DNA from: Clostridia bacterium
GTDB taxonomy: Bacteria; Bacillota; Clostridia; RGIG6154
Direction: 5' to 3'
Assembly: GCA_045589295.1 (NCBI GenBank)
Contig: JAZNOU010000001.1
Location: 21,374-85,373 of the forward strand
Length of the DNA: 64,000 nucleotides
The position numbers were made by a program, and so were the translations under genes. How positions within the stretch are numbered: position 1 is the stretch's first letter; each line of letters begins with the position of its first letter. This document shows, in pieces, positions 49,847-60,214 of this stretch. Below the pieces are notes generated by a model. That model searched no databases. It had not been told where the DNA came from and saw only the letters and a list, made by a program, of their open reading frames with translations.

Positions 49847-51157
49847 TTACTTAAGCACCATTACTTTTTTTATTCCGTAATACTTAAAACATTCAACATC
49901 TTTTTCATCTATCATTTCGCCGCTTATAACAACAGGTACTGCAGGTGGACATCCTACCGAAGCGTGTGCAAGAACTCTTCCTGCACTTTTAGTTGCATCA
50001 CATTCCTCGCACAAAGAAAAGCAAGCATCTCTTACAGACATTTTACGTTCTTTTATTGTGATTTCAGGTGCCATTATTTCAATTGCTTCTCTTTTTTCAA
50101 TTTCACCAAATGTCTTTTTAAGCTTTTCAAACCCATCTTTATTAATTTCAGGAGTAAACATCATTACTAAAAAATCAGGGTCAGAAAATTCACATTCTAT
50201 ATCTTTATTTCTTAAAATTTGTGCAAGCTCGGTTCCCGTATAGCCATAGCTTTTAGGCATTATGGTTATTTTAAGCGGTTCTTGGAGTTGAAGTTTGAAT
50301 CCCTTTTCCAAAAGATAATTTTTAAAATCTGACATTTGTGGCAAAAAGACTTCAAGTTTGAGTTTATAATTCTTTAAATACTCATTTGCCGCATCTAAAG
50401 ATTGTAAAATCAAATACGAGGGACTTGTTGAACCAAACAACGCCATCGCCTGCTTTACTTCAATGGCTGAAAATTCAGCAGATGTGTGAAGATACGCCCC
50501 TCCCGTTAAAACAGGAAGCGTTTTATGAGCTGAGTCTGAGCACATATCAGCACCCAAATCAATAGGGTGTAATGATTTATCCAAAAACTTAAGATATGCT
50601 CCGTGTGCATTATCAACCAAAAGTATTACATTATGTTTTTTGCAAACCACAGAAATACTTTTTATATCAGAAATATTTCCAAGGTAATCAGGGCTTGTTA
50701 TATAAACCGCAAATGGTTTTTCATCACACTCAAGCATTTTATCAAGTTCGTCAGGACATATTTTACACGAAAGATAACTTTTACCATAAATCCATTTAAT
50801 ATCAAAGTCTAAAAGTGCACACGCCGATAAGAAACCTTTATGTGCGTTTCTTCCTGCAATTACATATGGTTTGTTTTTTCTGTCCGCTTTAAGCATTGCA
50901 AGGTAAAGCATTGCACGTATGCATTGTGATGAGCCTTCTGTAGAATAAAAAGTTTGTGCTCCAAAAATTCGTGATGCATTTTGCTCACTTTTTTTTATAA
51001 TCCCCTCAGGCTCATAAAGACTGTCAGCACCCATAATTTCTGTTATATCATACTTTTCAAAGCCAAAAAGACCATTACCCTTATGCCCAGGCATATGTAA
51101 TCTTAAACTATCCTTTTGTATGTAATTTTTGATAAAATCACAAACAGGTCTATCCAT
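49847..51157 (-). CDS. Orn/Lys/Arg decarboxylase family PLP enzyme
   Basis: LHMPGHKG, RNAHK, TSPDYLG, DNAHGA, SAHKTLP, STSPSY. Confidence 0.9.
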   Translation of the reverse strand: MDRPVCDFIKNYIQKDSLRLHMPGHKGNGLFGFEKYDITEIMGADSLYEPEGIIKKSEQNASRIFGAQTFYSTEGSSQCIRAMLYLAMLKADRKNKPYVIAGRNAHKGFLSACALLDFDIKWIYGKSYLSCKICPDELDKMLECDEKPFAVYITSPDYLGNISDIKSISVVCKKHNVILLVDNAHGAYLKFLDKSLHPIDLGADMCSDSAHKTLPVLTGGAYLHTSAEFSAIEVKQAMALFGSTSPSYLILQSLDAANEYLKNYKLKLEVFLPQMSDFKNYLLEKGFKLQLQEPLKITIMPKSYGYTGTELAQILRNKDIECEFSDPDFLVMMFTPEINKDGFEKLKKTFGEIEKREAIEIMAPEITIKERKMSVRDACFSLCEECDATKSAGRVLAHASVGCPPAVPVVISGEMIDEKDVECFKYYGIKKVMVLK

Positions 51158-52533
51158 TATTCTTCCTCATCAATCTCATTTGCTGCAGCAAGCATTATTG
51201 CACATTCCATTCTTTTTTTGAAAAGCTCGCACCCATATTCATAAACACCTTTTATACTACCTGTTGAATGGTACGCATTAGCTGCACAACCGCCCGAGCA
51301 ATAAAGTCTTGCCCAGCAATTTTTACATTCTTCTCTTTCATAAACGTTGCAACTTAAGAACTCATTTTGAATTTTATCATTTGTAACCCCTTTCCAAATG
51401 TCACCAAGCTTATATTTTTCATCACCTACAAACTGGTGGCACGGATAAAGGTCACCCCACGGGGTTACTGCCATATATTCAGTTCCCGAACCACAACCTG
51501 AAATTCTTTTGTAAATACAAGGTCCGTCTTTTAAGTCTATCATATAGTGATAAAATGTAAACGGTCTTCCCTCTCTTTTTCTTTCAAGCATTAAAGTCGC
51601 CAAATCTTCATACTGTTTGAAAATTATTTCCATATCCTCTTTTGTAAGCTCAGACTTTTCACCTGGAGCGCAAACAACAGGTTCCATGCTAAGTTCTGTG
51701 AAACCTAAATCAAGCATTACCTTTATATCTTCCAAAAAGTCAGGATTTGCGTGAGTAAAAGTACCCCTCATATAATAATCCTTATTACCCCTTCTTTTTA
51801 CAAACTCCTGAAACTTAGGAACTATCTTATCAAAACTGCCTTTTCCATTGTAATCAACTCTGTAGGCATCGTGAATTTCCTTTCTGCCGTCCAGGCTTAA
51901 TACCAGATTGCTCATTTCTTTATTTGAAAATTCAATTACCTCATCATCTATAAGCATTCCGTTTGTAGTAAGCGTAAATCTGAAATTCTTATTATGCTTT
52001 TTTTCAATGCTTCTTGCATATTTTACAAGATCCTTGACAACCTCCCAGTTCATCAAAGGCTCTCCGCCAAAAAAATCAACCTCAAGATTTTTTCTTGTTC
52101 CTGAATTCTCTATCAAAAAGTCAAGTGCACGTTTTCCTGTTTCAAAGCTCATAACACCACGGTCTCCATTATACTTTCCCTGGCTTGCAAAGCAATACTC
52201 ACAGTTTAAATTGCATATATGGGCAACGTGAAGGCAAAGCGCCTTAATAACTCCGGAAGTTTTTTCCTTTAATACTCCCGCCATAGGCTTGAAGTTATCT
52301 TCTACAAAAAGACTTCCTTCCTCTTTAAGCTGTTTTATCTGATCATAGCACTCTTTTACTTCATTCTTTGAAATATCATTGTATGTATTACAAACTTTTG
52401 AGATAACATTTTCTTCAGATTCGCTTTCAAACATAGCTATAATGTCATAAGCAATATCATCTACCAAATGAACTGCCCCTGAACATACGTCAAGAACTAT
52501 ATTTAATCCGCCCAATTTATACTGATGTATCAT
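51157..52533 (-). CDS. scfB: SCIFF radical SAM/SPASM thioether maturase
   Basis: CNLNCEYC, DFFGGEP, GCGSG, YPCHQF, CxxC-x5-C-x3-C SPASM cysteines. Confidence 0.95.
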   Translation of the reverse strand: MIHQYKLGGLNIVLDVCSGAVHLVDDIAYDIIAMFESESEENVISKVCNTYNDISKNEVKECYDQIKQLKEEGSLFVEDNFKPMAGVLKEKTSGVIKALCLHVAHICNLNCEYCFASQGKYNGDRGVMSFETGKRALDFLIENSGTRKNLEVDFFGGEPLMNWEVVKDLVKYARSIEKKHNKNFRFTLTTNGMLIDDEVIEFSNKEMSNLVLSLDGRKEIHDAYRVDYNGKGSFDKIVPKFQEFVKRRGNKDYYMRGTFTHANPDFLEDIKVMLDLGFTELSMEPVVCAPGEKSELTKEDMEIIFKQYEDLATLMLERKREGRPFTFYHYMIDLKDGPCIYKRISGCGSGTEYMAVTPWGDLYPCHQFVGDEKYKLGDIWKGVTNDKIQNEFLSCNVYEREECKNCWARLYCSGGCAANAYHSTGSIKGVYEYGCELFKKRMECAIMLAAANEIDEEE

Positions 52534-52597
52534 TATAATCCCCTTTAACCTTAAAAAAAGGCTGCCTTAACTTTCTGGCAGCCTAATCCGTTTTTAA

Positions 52598-52750
52598 TTA
52601 TTTGCTTTCAGCTTTATTTTCGCATTTCTGATTAGCAATACCACAGCTAGTTTTGCAAGCTGACTGACATGATGTCTGGCATTCGCCACAACCGCCTTTT
52701 TTAACGCTTGAGCACAAATTACGGGTTTTAATAGTTTTAATATGTGTCAT
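52598..52750 (-). CDS. scfA: SCIFF ranthipeptide precursor (not in ORF track)
   Basis: MTHIKTIKTRNLCSSVKKGGCGECQTSCQSACKTSCGIANQKCENKAESK; RBS GGAGG. Confidence 0.96.
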   Translation of the reverse strand: MTHIKTIKTRNLCSSVKKGGCGECQTSCQSACKTSCGIANQKCENKAESK

Positions 52751-52868
52751 TTTAACAACCTCCGTTATTTCTTTTTGTACATTATACCACTTTTTTCAAG
52801 TAAAGTCAATAAATATTCACATAGATTTTCAAAACAGAAAATTGCAGATAAACGTGCTGTAAACAAAG

Positions 52869-52905
52869 AAAAACCGTTGCAGGACAAAATGTCCTGCAAC
52901 GGTTT
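52869..52905 (-). terminator. Terminator of the sugar ABC operon
   Basis: AAACCGTTGCAGGACA/TGTCCTGCAACGGTTT. Confidence 0.8.
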
Positions 52906-52946
52906 AAACCAAATTAATAAAACGCTACGCAATAAATATTAAAATA

Positions 52947-53978
52947 TTATCCTTCGTAAACTAAGTTCTTTTCAATCATTTCGTCTACGTTCGAAGCATC
53001 CCACCATGCACCTGAAATATCAACTTTTTCAGAAATTTCTTTGCCTTCTAAAGCAAACACTGCCTGTTCTACTGCCTGGTAACCAATCTGGAATGAATCC
53101 TGAGCAACTGCACCTACAAGCTTAGGACCGTTTTCTTTCTTCATCCACTCGATCTGTTTTGTACCTGCATCATAACCTGCGAACTTGATTGCGTCATATT
53201 TTGTTCCTGCTGCACCGATTGCATCATAAACCTGTTTAACAACACCTTCGTTTGTCATAAAGATAGCTGATGCACCTTTTTCTGTCAAAGCTTCTAAAGC
53301 TGCCTTGTAAGCATTGTCAGCATCACCAGGTTTAACTTCTTTTTCGATTTTGTATTTGCCTTTTGTAGAAGCGTCAGCATCTGCAAGGGAAACAAATTTG
53401 TCGATAAAGCCCTGTGCTCTGTCAATACCAGTCTGAGTTTCGTCATGCTGGATAACACCAACGATATATTTATCTGCTGCTGCAATGTCATCTTTTAATG
53501 CTTCAAAGAATTTTTCAGCTACTGTACCAGCTGCCAAATAGTTGCTTGTTGCAACATGAGCTACTAATGGGTTTTTGCCTGCTGCATCAAGTGCTGCAAC
53601 GTCATTAGCCCAGATACCGCTATCAAACTGAACTACAGGAATATTGCTATCTTTAGCCTGTGATAAAAGGTCAACAAAACCTTCGCCGATTGTAGCTAAC
53701 ACGATAGCTGAAGCATTGTTTGAAAGTGCTGTCTGCACCATTTCCATCTGTGATGGAAGGTCTTTTGCAGATTCACTTGCAGGGCCTCTGAATGTGATTT
53801 TATAACCATACTTTTCGCCTGCTGCTTCTGCACCTGCTTTAACTGACTGCCAGAAAGCATGTGATTCACCTTTTGCAACAACTGCAATTGTCTTATCTCC
53901 TGCACCTGTATCACCACAAGCTGCAAGAACGCCTACCAACATAACGGCTACCAATAAAACTGCTAATAACTTTTTCAT
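52947..53978 (-). CDS. Sugar ABC transporter substrate-binding lipoprotein (RbsB-like)
   Basis: Lipobox LAAC; HAFWQSVKAGAE, PVVQFDS, AGYDAG, VAQD. Confidence 0.9.
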   Translation of the reverse strand: MKKLLAVLLVAVMLVGVLAACGDTGAGDKTIAVVAKGESHAFWQSVKAGAEAAGEKYGYKITFRGPASESAKDLPSQMEMVQTALSNNASAIVLATIGEGFVDLLSQAKDSNIPVVQFDSGIWANDVAALDAAGKNPLVAHVATSNYLAAGTVAEKFFEALKDDIAAADKYIVGVIQHDETQTGIDRAQGFIDKFVSLADADASTKGKYKIEKEVKPGDADNAYKAALEALTEKGASAIFMTNEGVVKQVYDAIGAAGTKYDAIKFAGYDAGTKQIEWMKKENGPKLVGAVAQDSFQIGYQAVEQAVFALEGKEISEKVDISGAWWDASNVDEMIEKNLVYEG

Positions 53979-54050
53979 AAAAATTCCTCCTTTTTTTATT
54001 GCGTTACTTCTTTTCCAAGCTTATAATGCGCGCGTTTTTATATTTCAACT

Positions 54051-55079
54051 TTACGCTTTTTCCTTTTTGGGTTTCTTTTCTATTTTAATTTTGTTTGCAT
54101 TTTTGTTTTTGATAACATCCATCAAAACTGCAACTACAACAATTATACCTGTTAATACATAGGTAACATAAGTTGAGTTAACATTGAGGTTGAATTTTGC
54201 AAGTACAAAGTTAAGGCCACTTCTTATTACAACAAGCATAATCGCACCTATTACAGAACCTGCAATTGATGCAGTACCACCTGCTGCAGATGTTCCACCG
54301 ATGTATACTCCTGCAATGGCATCAAGTTCCATACCGTTGCCTGTTGCTGCAGCAACTGTTGTAAATGATGCTGCCCAGAAAATTGCCGCAATACCTGTTG
54401 CAACACCCGCAATTGTGTAAGCAATAATTTTATACTTATCCGTATCAATACCTGAAAGTCTTGTTGCTTCTTCATTACTACCTATTGAAAGTATATATCT
54501 GCCGATTTTGCATTTATACATAAGGTACATACAAATGAGTGCGAAAAGCAACACCCAGATTAAACCTACAGGAATTCCATTAAAGTTAGAGAACGCTTTA
54601 TTAAACCATGTTCCACCCGGGAAGAAAATATTTGGTATTGAAACAATAATGGCACTAAGACCTCTTCCAAACATCATTGTACCAAGTGTCGCTATAAATG
54701 CCGGAATTTTAAGTTTTGCTACCAAAAGACCGTTTACAAACCCAACAAGTGTACCAATTGCAATCATAATAGGAATTGTGTATCCCAAAGGCATACCATT
54801 CATATAAAGCTTGCCTGCAATAACTGCAGATGCGATACATGTTGTACCTATTGAAAGGTCAATTCCACCTGTTGCAATTACAAATGTAACACCAAGACCC
54901 ATAATGGCATATGGTGCTAAAGACTGTGCCATACTTACTATATTGTATTTTCCTAAAAAGTTTGGATTCAATGCCCAGAATATCAGCACCAAAGCCGCAA
55001 GCGCAGCGATTATAATCATATTCTGCATGCTCTTTTTAAGCATCAAAGCCAATGCATTTGAATTTTTCATGTATTTCAC
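54051..55079 (-). CDS. Sugar ABC transporter permease (RbsC-like)
   Basis: GGIDLSIG, IPAFIATLG, GSNEEATRLSGI, ELDAIAGVYIGG. Confidence 0.92.
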   Translation of the reverse strand: MKYMKNSNALALMLKKSMQNMIIIAALAALVLIFWALNPNFLGKYNIVSMAQSLAPYAIMGLGVTFVIATGGIDLSIGTTCIASAVIAGKLYMNGMPLGYTIPIMIAIGTLVGFVNGLLVAKLKIPAFIATLGTMMFGRGLSAIIVSIPNIFFPGGTWFNKAFSNFNGIPVGLIWVLLFALICMYLMYKCKIGRYILSIGSNEEATRLSGIDTDKYKIIAYTIAGVATGIAAIFWAASFTTVAAATGNGMELDAIAGVYIGGTSAAGGTASIAGSVIGAIMLVVIRSGLNFVLAKFNLNVNSTYVTYVLTGIIVVVAVLMDVIKNKNANKIKIEKKPKKEKA

Positions 55080-55099
55080 TTCTCCTTCACTTAAAGCAA

Positions 55100-56602
55100 T
55101 TAATTCTCTTCTCTCATTGTAGCATAAGCCATTATTTTTTCCTGGGTTGCATCCTTGATGTCAATTTCGCCAGTTATACGGCCTTCGCACATTACAATAA
55201 CTCTGTCACTTAATCTTTGAATTTCCGCCAATTCTGACGAAATCATAATAACTGATTTCCCCATCGCTGCAAGCTCTTCCATAAGTGTATACATTTCACT
55301 CTTAGCTCCGATATCAATACCTCGTGTTGGTTCATCAAATATGAAAATATCCGAGTTTTTAAGAAGCCATCTTGCAATAATAACTTTCTGCTGATTTCCA
55401 CCAGAAAGATTTTTAAGCAACTGCTTCATTGAAGGTGTTTTTGTTTTAAGCTTTGCATTTGCTTCTTCCGCTTCTTTTTCAATCAATCCGTCGTTAATCC
55501 AGCCGAGTTTAATATAATTGTCAAGCGATGCAAGAACTGAATTTTCTGACACAGGCTTATCAAGCATAAGCCCATATCTCTTTCTATCTTCTGAAAGGTA
55601 ACAAATCCCTTTTTTAACAGCATCCGCAGGAGTTTTTATTTTTGATTTTTCACCATTTATATATATTTCTCCGCTGTCTAATAAGTCTGCACCATATATT
55701 GCACGGGCAACTTCTGTTCTTCCCGCTCCCATAAGTCCTGAAAAACCTAAAATTTCGCCTTTCCTTAATTTAAAGCTTACATCTTTTATTTCTTTTCCTC
55801 TGTTTAAGTTCTTAACTTCAAGAACAACTTGGGCATCTTCAGGAACATTACTTTGCTCTTTTTTATCACCATAAATAACTCTGCCGACCATCATTTTAAC
55901 AATTTCGTCTTTTGTAGTATCTTTGGTTATTAATGTACCTACATATTCACCATCACGCATTACTGTTATGCGGTCTGAAATTCTATTAATTTCATCCATT
56001 CGGTGAGATATATAAATCATACCGATTCCTTTTGCTTTAAGGTCGTTCATAATTTTGAACAGTTCTTCAACCTCAACCTGAGTTAATGCCGCTGTAGGTT
56101 CGTCAAGAATAAGAATTTTTGAGTCCCTTGAAACTGCCTTTGCTATTTCAACCATCTGCTGTTTTCCAACCGTAAGCGTTCCCAAAACTGCAGATGGGTC
56201 AATTTTAACCCCAATTCTTTCAAAAAGAGCCGCAGCGTCCTGTTCCATTTTTTTATCATCTATGTACACGCCATTTATCATAGGTTCTCTTCCGATGTAA
56301 ATGTTTTGTGCAACAGTTAAGTGATTCATCATATTAAGTTCTTGATGAATAATGCTGATCCCCGCATTCTGAGAATCTTTAATGCCCGCAAAATCAACTT
56401 TGCTGCCGAAAAGTTCAATTTCGCCGCCATCACGCTTGTGAATTCCGCACAAAACTTTCATAAGTGTTGATTTACCCGCACCATTTTCGCCCATAAGTGC
56501 ATGAACTTCGCCTTTTTCAAGCTCTAAGCTTACCGATTTTAACGCATGCACACCGGCAAACCTTTTGTCGATGTCTTTCATTTTTAGAATAATTTCGCCC
56601 AT
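55100..56602 (-). CDS. Sugar ABC transporter ATP-binding protein (RbsA-like)
   Basis: GENGAGKST, DEPT, LSGGNQQK, DEPTRGIDIGAK. Confidence 0.94.
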   Translation of the reverse strand: MGEIILKMKDIDKRFAGVHALKSVSLELEKGEVHALMGENGAGKSTLMKVLCGIHKRDGGEIELFGSKVDFAGIKDSQNAGISIIHQELNMMNHLTVAQNIYIGREPMINGVYIDDKKMEQDAAALFERIGVKIDPSAVLGTLTVGKQQMVEIAKAVSRDSKILILDEPTAALTQVEVEELFKIMNDLKAKGIGMIYISHRMDEINRISDRITVMRDGEYVGTLITKDTTKDEIVKMMVGRVIYGDKKEQSNVPEDAQVVLEVKNLNRGKEIKDVSFKLRKGEILGFSGLMGAGRTEVARAIYGADLLDSGEIYINGEKSKIKTPADAVKKGICYLSEDRKRYGLMLDKPVSENSVLASLDNYIKLGWINDGLIEKEAEEANAKLKTKTPSMKQLLKNLSGGNQQKVIIARWLLKNSDIFIFDEPTRGIDIGAKSEMYTLMEELAAMGKSVIMISSELAEIQRLSDRVIVMCEGRITGEIDIKDATQEKIMAYATMREEN

Positions 56603-56862
56603 ATTTAAAACCTCAACTTTTAAGCTGTTTCTAAAAGTTCCCCTTTCTATAATAATACTATCTGTACTTAAATTTTAACACACAAAAATTCCTTTGTAAA
56701 CACCCATTATTTTGACAATTTCCGTATTTTTCCCTGTGTTTTTGTGTTCGTAAAAAAGCTTGATAAATCCAAGATTTTTAGTTAGTCCAGACTTACTCAC
56801 CTTTAAAAAGCATCCGTAAATGTCAAAAAAAGACACCTTTTTATAGGTGTCTTTTTGAAATT

Positions 56863-58572
56863 TTACACATTTACAAGTTTTTCCTCTTCCTCTTTTTCAA
56901 GTTCTCTGTATGCCACCTTGCCAACCAATGTTTTAGGCAAACTGTCACGATACTCATACTCCCTTGGAAGCGCATATCTAGCAATACTTTTCTCACAATG
57001 TGCTTTGATAGATTCTTTTATTTCATCTGTTGGGGTAAAGCCGGGTTTTAACACAATAAACGCCTTTACCTTTTGCATTCGGTAATCATCTTTTACACCG
57101 ATTACCGTCGAAAACAACACCGCTTGATGAGAATCAATAACATTTTCAATCTGAGATGGATACACGTTATATCCACTTGTAACAATCATACGTTTTAGTC
57201 TTTGTACAAAATAAACAAATCCGTCCTCATCCATATAACCGAGGTCACCTGTATGAAGATATGTTTTACCATCCTCGTGTTGTCTTAAAGTCTGCATAGT
57301 TTCTTTAGGATTGTTTATGTATTCTTTCATCAAAGTAGGACCCGTGATACAAATCTCACCCATCTCACCAATTTCCGCCTCATCCTGAGTGTTTGGAATT
57401 ACTATTTTATAAAACGTATCAGGAAACGGAATTCCAATACTGCCTTCTCTGTAATAATCAATGGGTGTAAGGCAGCTTGCAGTAACACATTCTGTTGTGC
57501 CATATCCCTCTCTTACCTGAATGTTTGCTCCTCTTTCTCTTATGAATGCATCTACTTTCTTCTTTAAACTTACCGAAAGTGAATCTCCGCCACTAAATAA
57601 TCCCTTAAGACACGACAGGTCGGCGTTTTTCATATCCTCATTTCTCATCATAGCCTCAAAGAGTGTAGGCACACCTGCCATAAAATTAGGTCGATACTTT
57701 TTAAACAGTCCTGCGAATTCAGCAACATTCAGTTGGGGAACCAAAACACATTTACCTGCATGTGCAAGAAATGTGTGGATGCCAACCCCAAGTCCAAACC
57801 CGTGAAAAACAGGCATAATGGAAAGAATTGTATCCCCGGTTTCATAACATTCTGCAGATGCTATTGTCTGCATAGCAAGTGCATTGAAGTTAAGATTTGT
57901 TAAAAGTATTCCTTTGGAAGTTCCTGTTGTCCCTCCGCTGAACAACACAACCGCATCATCATCGCCTTTTCCTTCGTAGGTTATCTCACCGTCGAAGCAT
58001 TTGGCTAAACCTAAGAAATCGGGCCACGAAATAATATTTCTATCACTTTTAACTTTAGGCTCATGACCGATAAATTTGTACGCAAGACTTTTTACAGGCG
58101 GAAGAACTTCACCGATTTTTGCAACTATCACCTTTTCAACCTGAGTTTTTCCCTTGATTGCTTCAAATTTATCACAAAACCGACTTAATGTTATTGCAAC
58201 CTTGCTCTTTACTTCGTTTAAAAAAAACATTATTTCGTTTTCTGCAGAAAGAGGATGTACCATACTCGCAACTGCACCTATTCTATTGATTGCATAAAAC
58301 ATAATTACTGCTTGCGGAACGTTAGGAAGACATACAGTTACCGCCTCACCCTTTTTTACGCCAAGTGCTAAAAGCGCTTTTGCACAGGTTTCTATCTCTT
58401 TAATAAAAGCATCATAATTTACAGCTCTGCCCATAAAATCATAGGCTATGCTAGGTCCGTTTTCATCTGCAGCATTTTTTATCATCTGATACATTGAAAT
58501 ATCAGGATAATCAATTGAAGGCGGAATATTGCCGTAGTATTTATACCATTTTGCCTCAGAATTCAAAATCAA
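56863..58572 (-). CDS. Long-chain acyl-CoA ligase (AMP-binding family)
   Basis: FSGGTTGTSKG, EGYGTTE, LHTGDLG, PKTLVGK. Confidence 0.9.
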   Translation of the reverse strand: MILNSEAKWYKYYGNIPPSIDYPDISMYQMIKNAADENGPSIAYDFMGRAVNYDAFIKEIETCAKALLALGVKKGEAVTVCLPNVPQAVIMFYAINRIGAVASMVHPLSAENEIMFFLNEVKSKVAITLSRFCDKFEAIKGKTQVEKVIVAKIGEVLPPVKSLAYKFIGHEPKVKSDRNIISWPDFLGLAKCFDGEITYEGKGDDDAVVLFSGGTTGTSKGILLTNLNFNALAMQTIASAECYETGDTILSIMPVFHGFGLGVGIHTFLAHAGKCVLVPQLNVAEFAGLFKKYRPNFMAGVPTLFEAMMRNEDMKNADLSCLKGLFSGGDSLSVSLKKKVDAFIRERGANIQVREGYGTTECVTASCLTPIDYYREGSIGIPFPDTFYKIVIPNTQDEAEIGEMGEICITGPTLMKEYINNPKETMQTLRQHEDGKTYLHTGDLGYMDEDGFVYFVQRLKRMIVTSGYNVYPSQIENVIDSHQAVLFSTVIGVKDDYRMQKVKAFIVLKPGFTPTDEIKESIKAHCEKSIARYALPREYEYRDSLPKTLVGKVAYRELEKEEEEKLVNV

Positions 58573-59425
58573 TTTCCTCCCCTAAAGTTTTATCCAAAAG
58601 ATACGGATTCTTAAACAGATGTTTAATCAATTTTAGTGAACGTGCAAAATAAAATCCGTCAGCAATTCTCTCATCAAGCGTTGCACCGATATTTACAACA
58701 TCACGAACAACAGGATTGTTGTCTTTATCAAGCACAACCTCTTTGTGCATTTCACCGATTGTTATAACAATTCCGTTTGTGCCAAAGTTGTTAAGGTGGT
58801 GATACACCGCATCGCACTTAATACTTCCTAAATTAGATAAAAGAACCGTACAATAATTAGTATCAACACTGCTAAAGGCCTTTGGCATAAGTCCTGTGTT
58901 ATCCATAATTCTCATGAACGCCATAAATATATGCATTACAGGTTTGGGAAGTTTTTTAACTATGTTTAAAATATCATCAACACTCTGACCATTGTCTTTT
59001 TCTTTTTTTGCTTCTTTTACTTTCGGTGTCAGTCTATCAGTTATTGCTGTTAAATTCTCATCATCTTTCGGACGATAAATCATAAGTGTTTCTTCCGCGT
59101 GGTCGGTAAACTTCTTTTTAATAGTAAATCCCATAGAGATTTCGTGTCTGTCATAAAAATGCTTGCCCGAAATATATCTGTTTAAGAGCGGACGCATTTT
59201 GATTGTTCTTGCAACCGCAGCGATAAGGCAGTGAAACATAGTAACTTTACGTTCACCGCTTGCATTTTTTTCTTCAATATATTTTAAAAGCTCGGTAATA
59301 TCAAGTGTTTCATTAATGTACACCTCTGCATCACATCTTTTGGGCATTAGATATGCCATATAATGATGAACTCCGTCAATATCACGCACTCGTTTTGCGT
59401 CATATCTGTCTCCCCATTTTCTCAT
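58556..59425 (-). CDS. Stand-alone 2-oxoacid dehydrogenase E2-like acyltransferase catalytic domain
   Basis: PLLNR, LSNLGSI, TLDERIADG; no lipoyl domain; start ATG 59425. Confidence 0.75.
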   Translation of the reverse strand: MRKWGDRYDAKRVRDIDGVHHYMAYLMPKRCDAEVYINETLDITELLKYIEEKNASGERKVTMFHCLIAAVARTIKMRPLLNRYISGKHFYDRHEISMGFTIKKKFTDHAEETLMIYRPKDDENLTAITDRLTPKVKEAKKEKDNGQSVDDILNIVKKLPKPVMHIFMAFMRIMDNTGLMPKAFSSVDTNYCTVLLSNLGSIKCDAVYHHLNNFGTNGIVITIGEMHKEVVLDKDNNPVVRDVVNIGATLDERIADGFYFARSLKLIKHLFKNPYLLDKTLGEEIDFEF

Positions 59426-59539
59426 ATAACCACCCCTTAATACATTCAAAGATATTGTAACATAATTCTACAAAAAATGCAATTACTATCTTATGTTGCA
59501 AAAAATCACCCCGGAGGGTGATTTTTTATTACAATTCTA

Positions 59540-59743
59540 TTATTGTTTTTTCTCAAGTTTTGTTTTATTTCCTTTTTCATCCATTATATAAACGTTTTGA
59601 AGAGTATTTGTAACCCCTTGACGAAACTCTTTTATGTACTGGGTGCGAAGTTCTTGCTGTTCTTTTTTCTCGCTATCTGTAAGCCCCTCTGTTTTTGATT
59701 TTTTTGCAAGAAAATTTATTCTTTCCAAAAGATTTTGTGTCAT
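59540..59743 (-). CDS. DUF896 (YnzC-like) protein
   Basis: RINFLAKKSKTEGLTDSEKKEQQELRTQYIKEFR. Confidence 0.9.
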   Translation of the reverse strand: MTQNLLERINFLAKKSKTEGLTDSEKKEQQELRTQYIKEFRQGVTNTLQNVYIMDEKGNKTKLEKKQ

Positions 59744-59770
59744 AACTATCCATACCTTTCGTAATTTGTA

Positions 59771-60184
59771 CTATAAAACCATAACAAGTGTTCCAAGCCC
59801 TATCAATATACAGCCGAGCAATGATCTTGCTGTAAATTGCTCGTGTAAAAATATAAATGCTAAAACAAGTGTAATAACTACACTTAGTTTGTCAATCGGA
59901 ACAACTTTAGATGCTTCACCAACCTGAAGTGCTTTGTAATAGCAAAGCCACGAAGCTCCTGTTGCAAAACCTGATAAAACCAAGAATATCCAACTTTTTG
60001 TGCTTATCTCGGTTATCCCCTTTTGAGCATTTGTCAAAAACACCATTCCCCACGCCATAACAACCACAACAACAGTTCTTATCGCTGTTGCAAGGTTTGA
60101 ATTAACTCCTTCAATTCCTATTTTAGCAAGTATGGAAGTAAGTGCCGCAAACACAGCTGATAAAAGTGCTAAAATAAACCACAT
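59771..60184 (-). CDS. Half-size EamA family transporter
   Basis: SAVFAALTSILAKIG, SWLCYYKALQ, VVPIDKLS. Confidence 0.9.
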   Translation of the reverse strand: MWFILALLSAVFAALTSILAKIGIEGVNSNLATAIRTVVVVVMAWGMVFLTNAQKGITEISTKSWIFLVLSGFATGASWLCYYKALQVGEASKVVPIDKLSVVITLVLAFIFLHEQFTARSLLGCILIGLGTLVMVL

Positions 60185-60214
60185 AACAACACCCTCTTTA
60201 TATATTTTTTAAAT

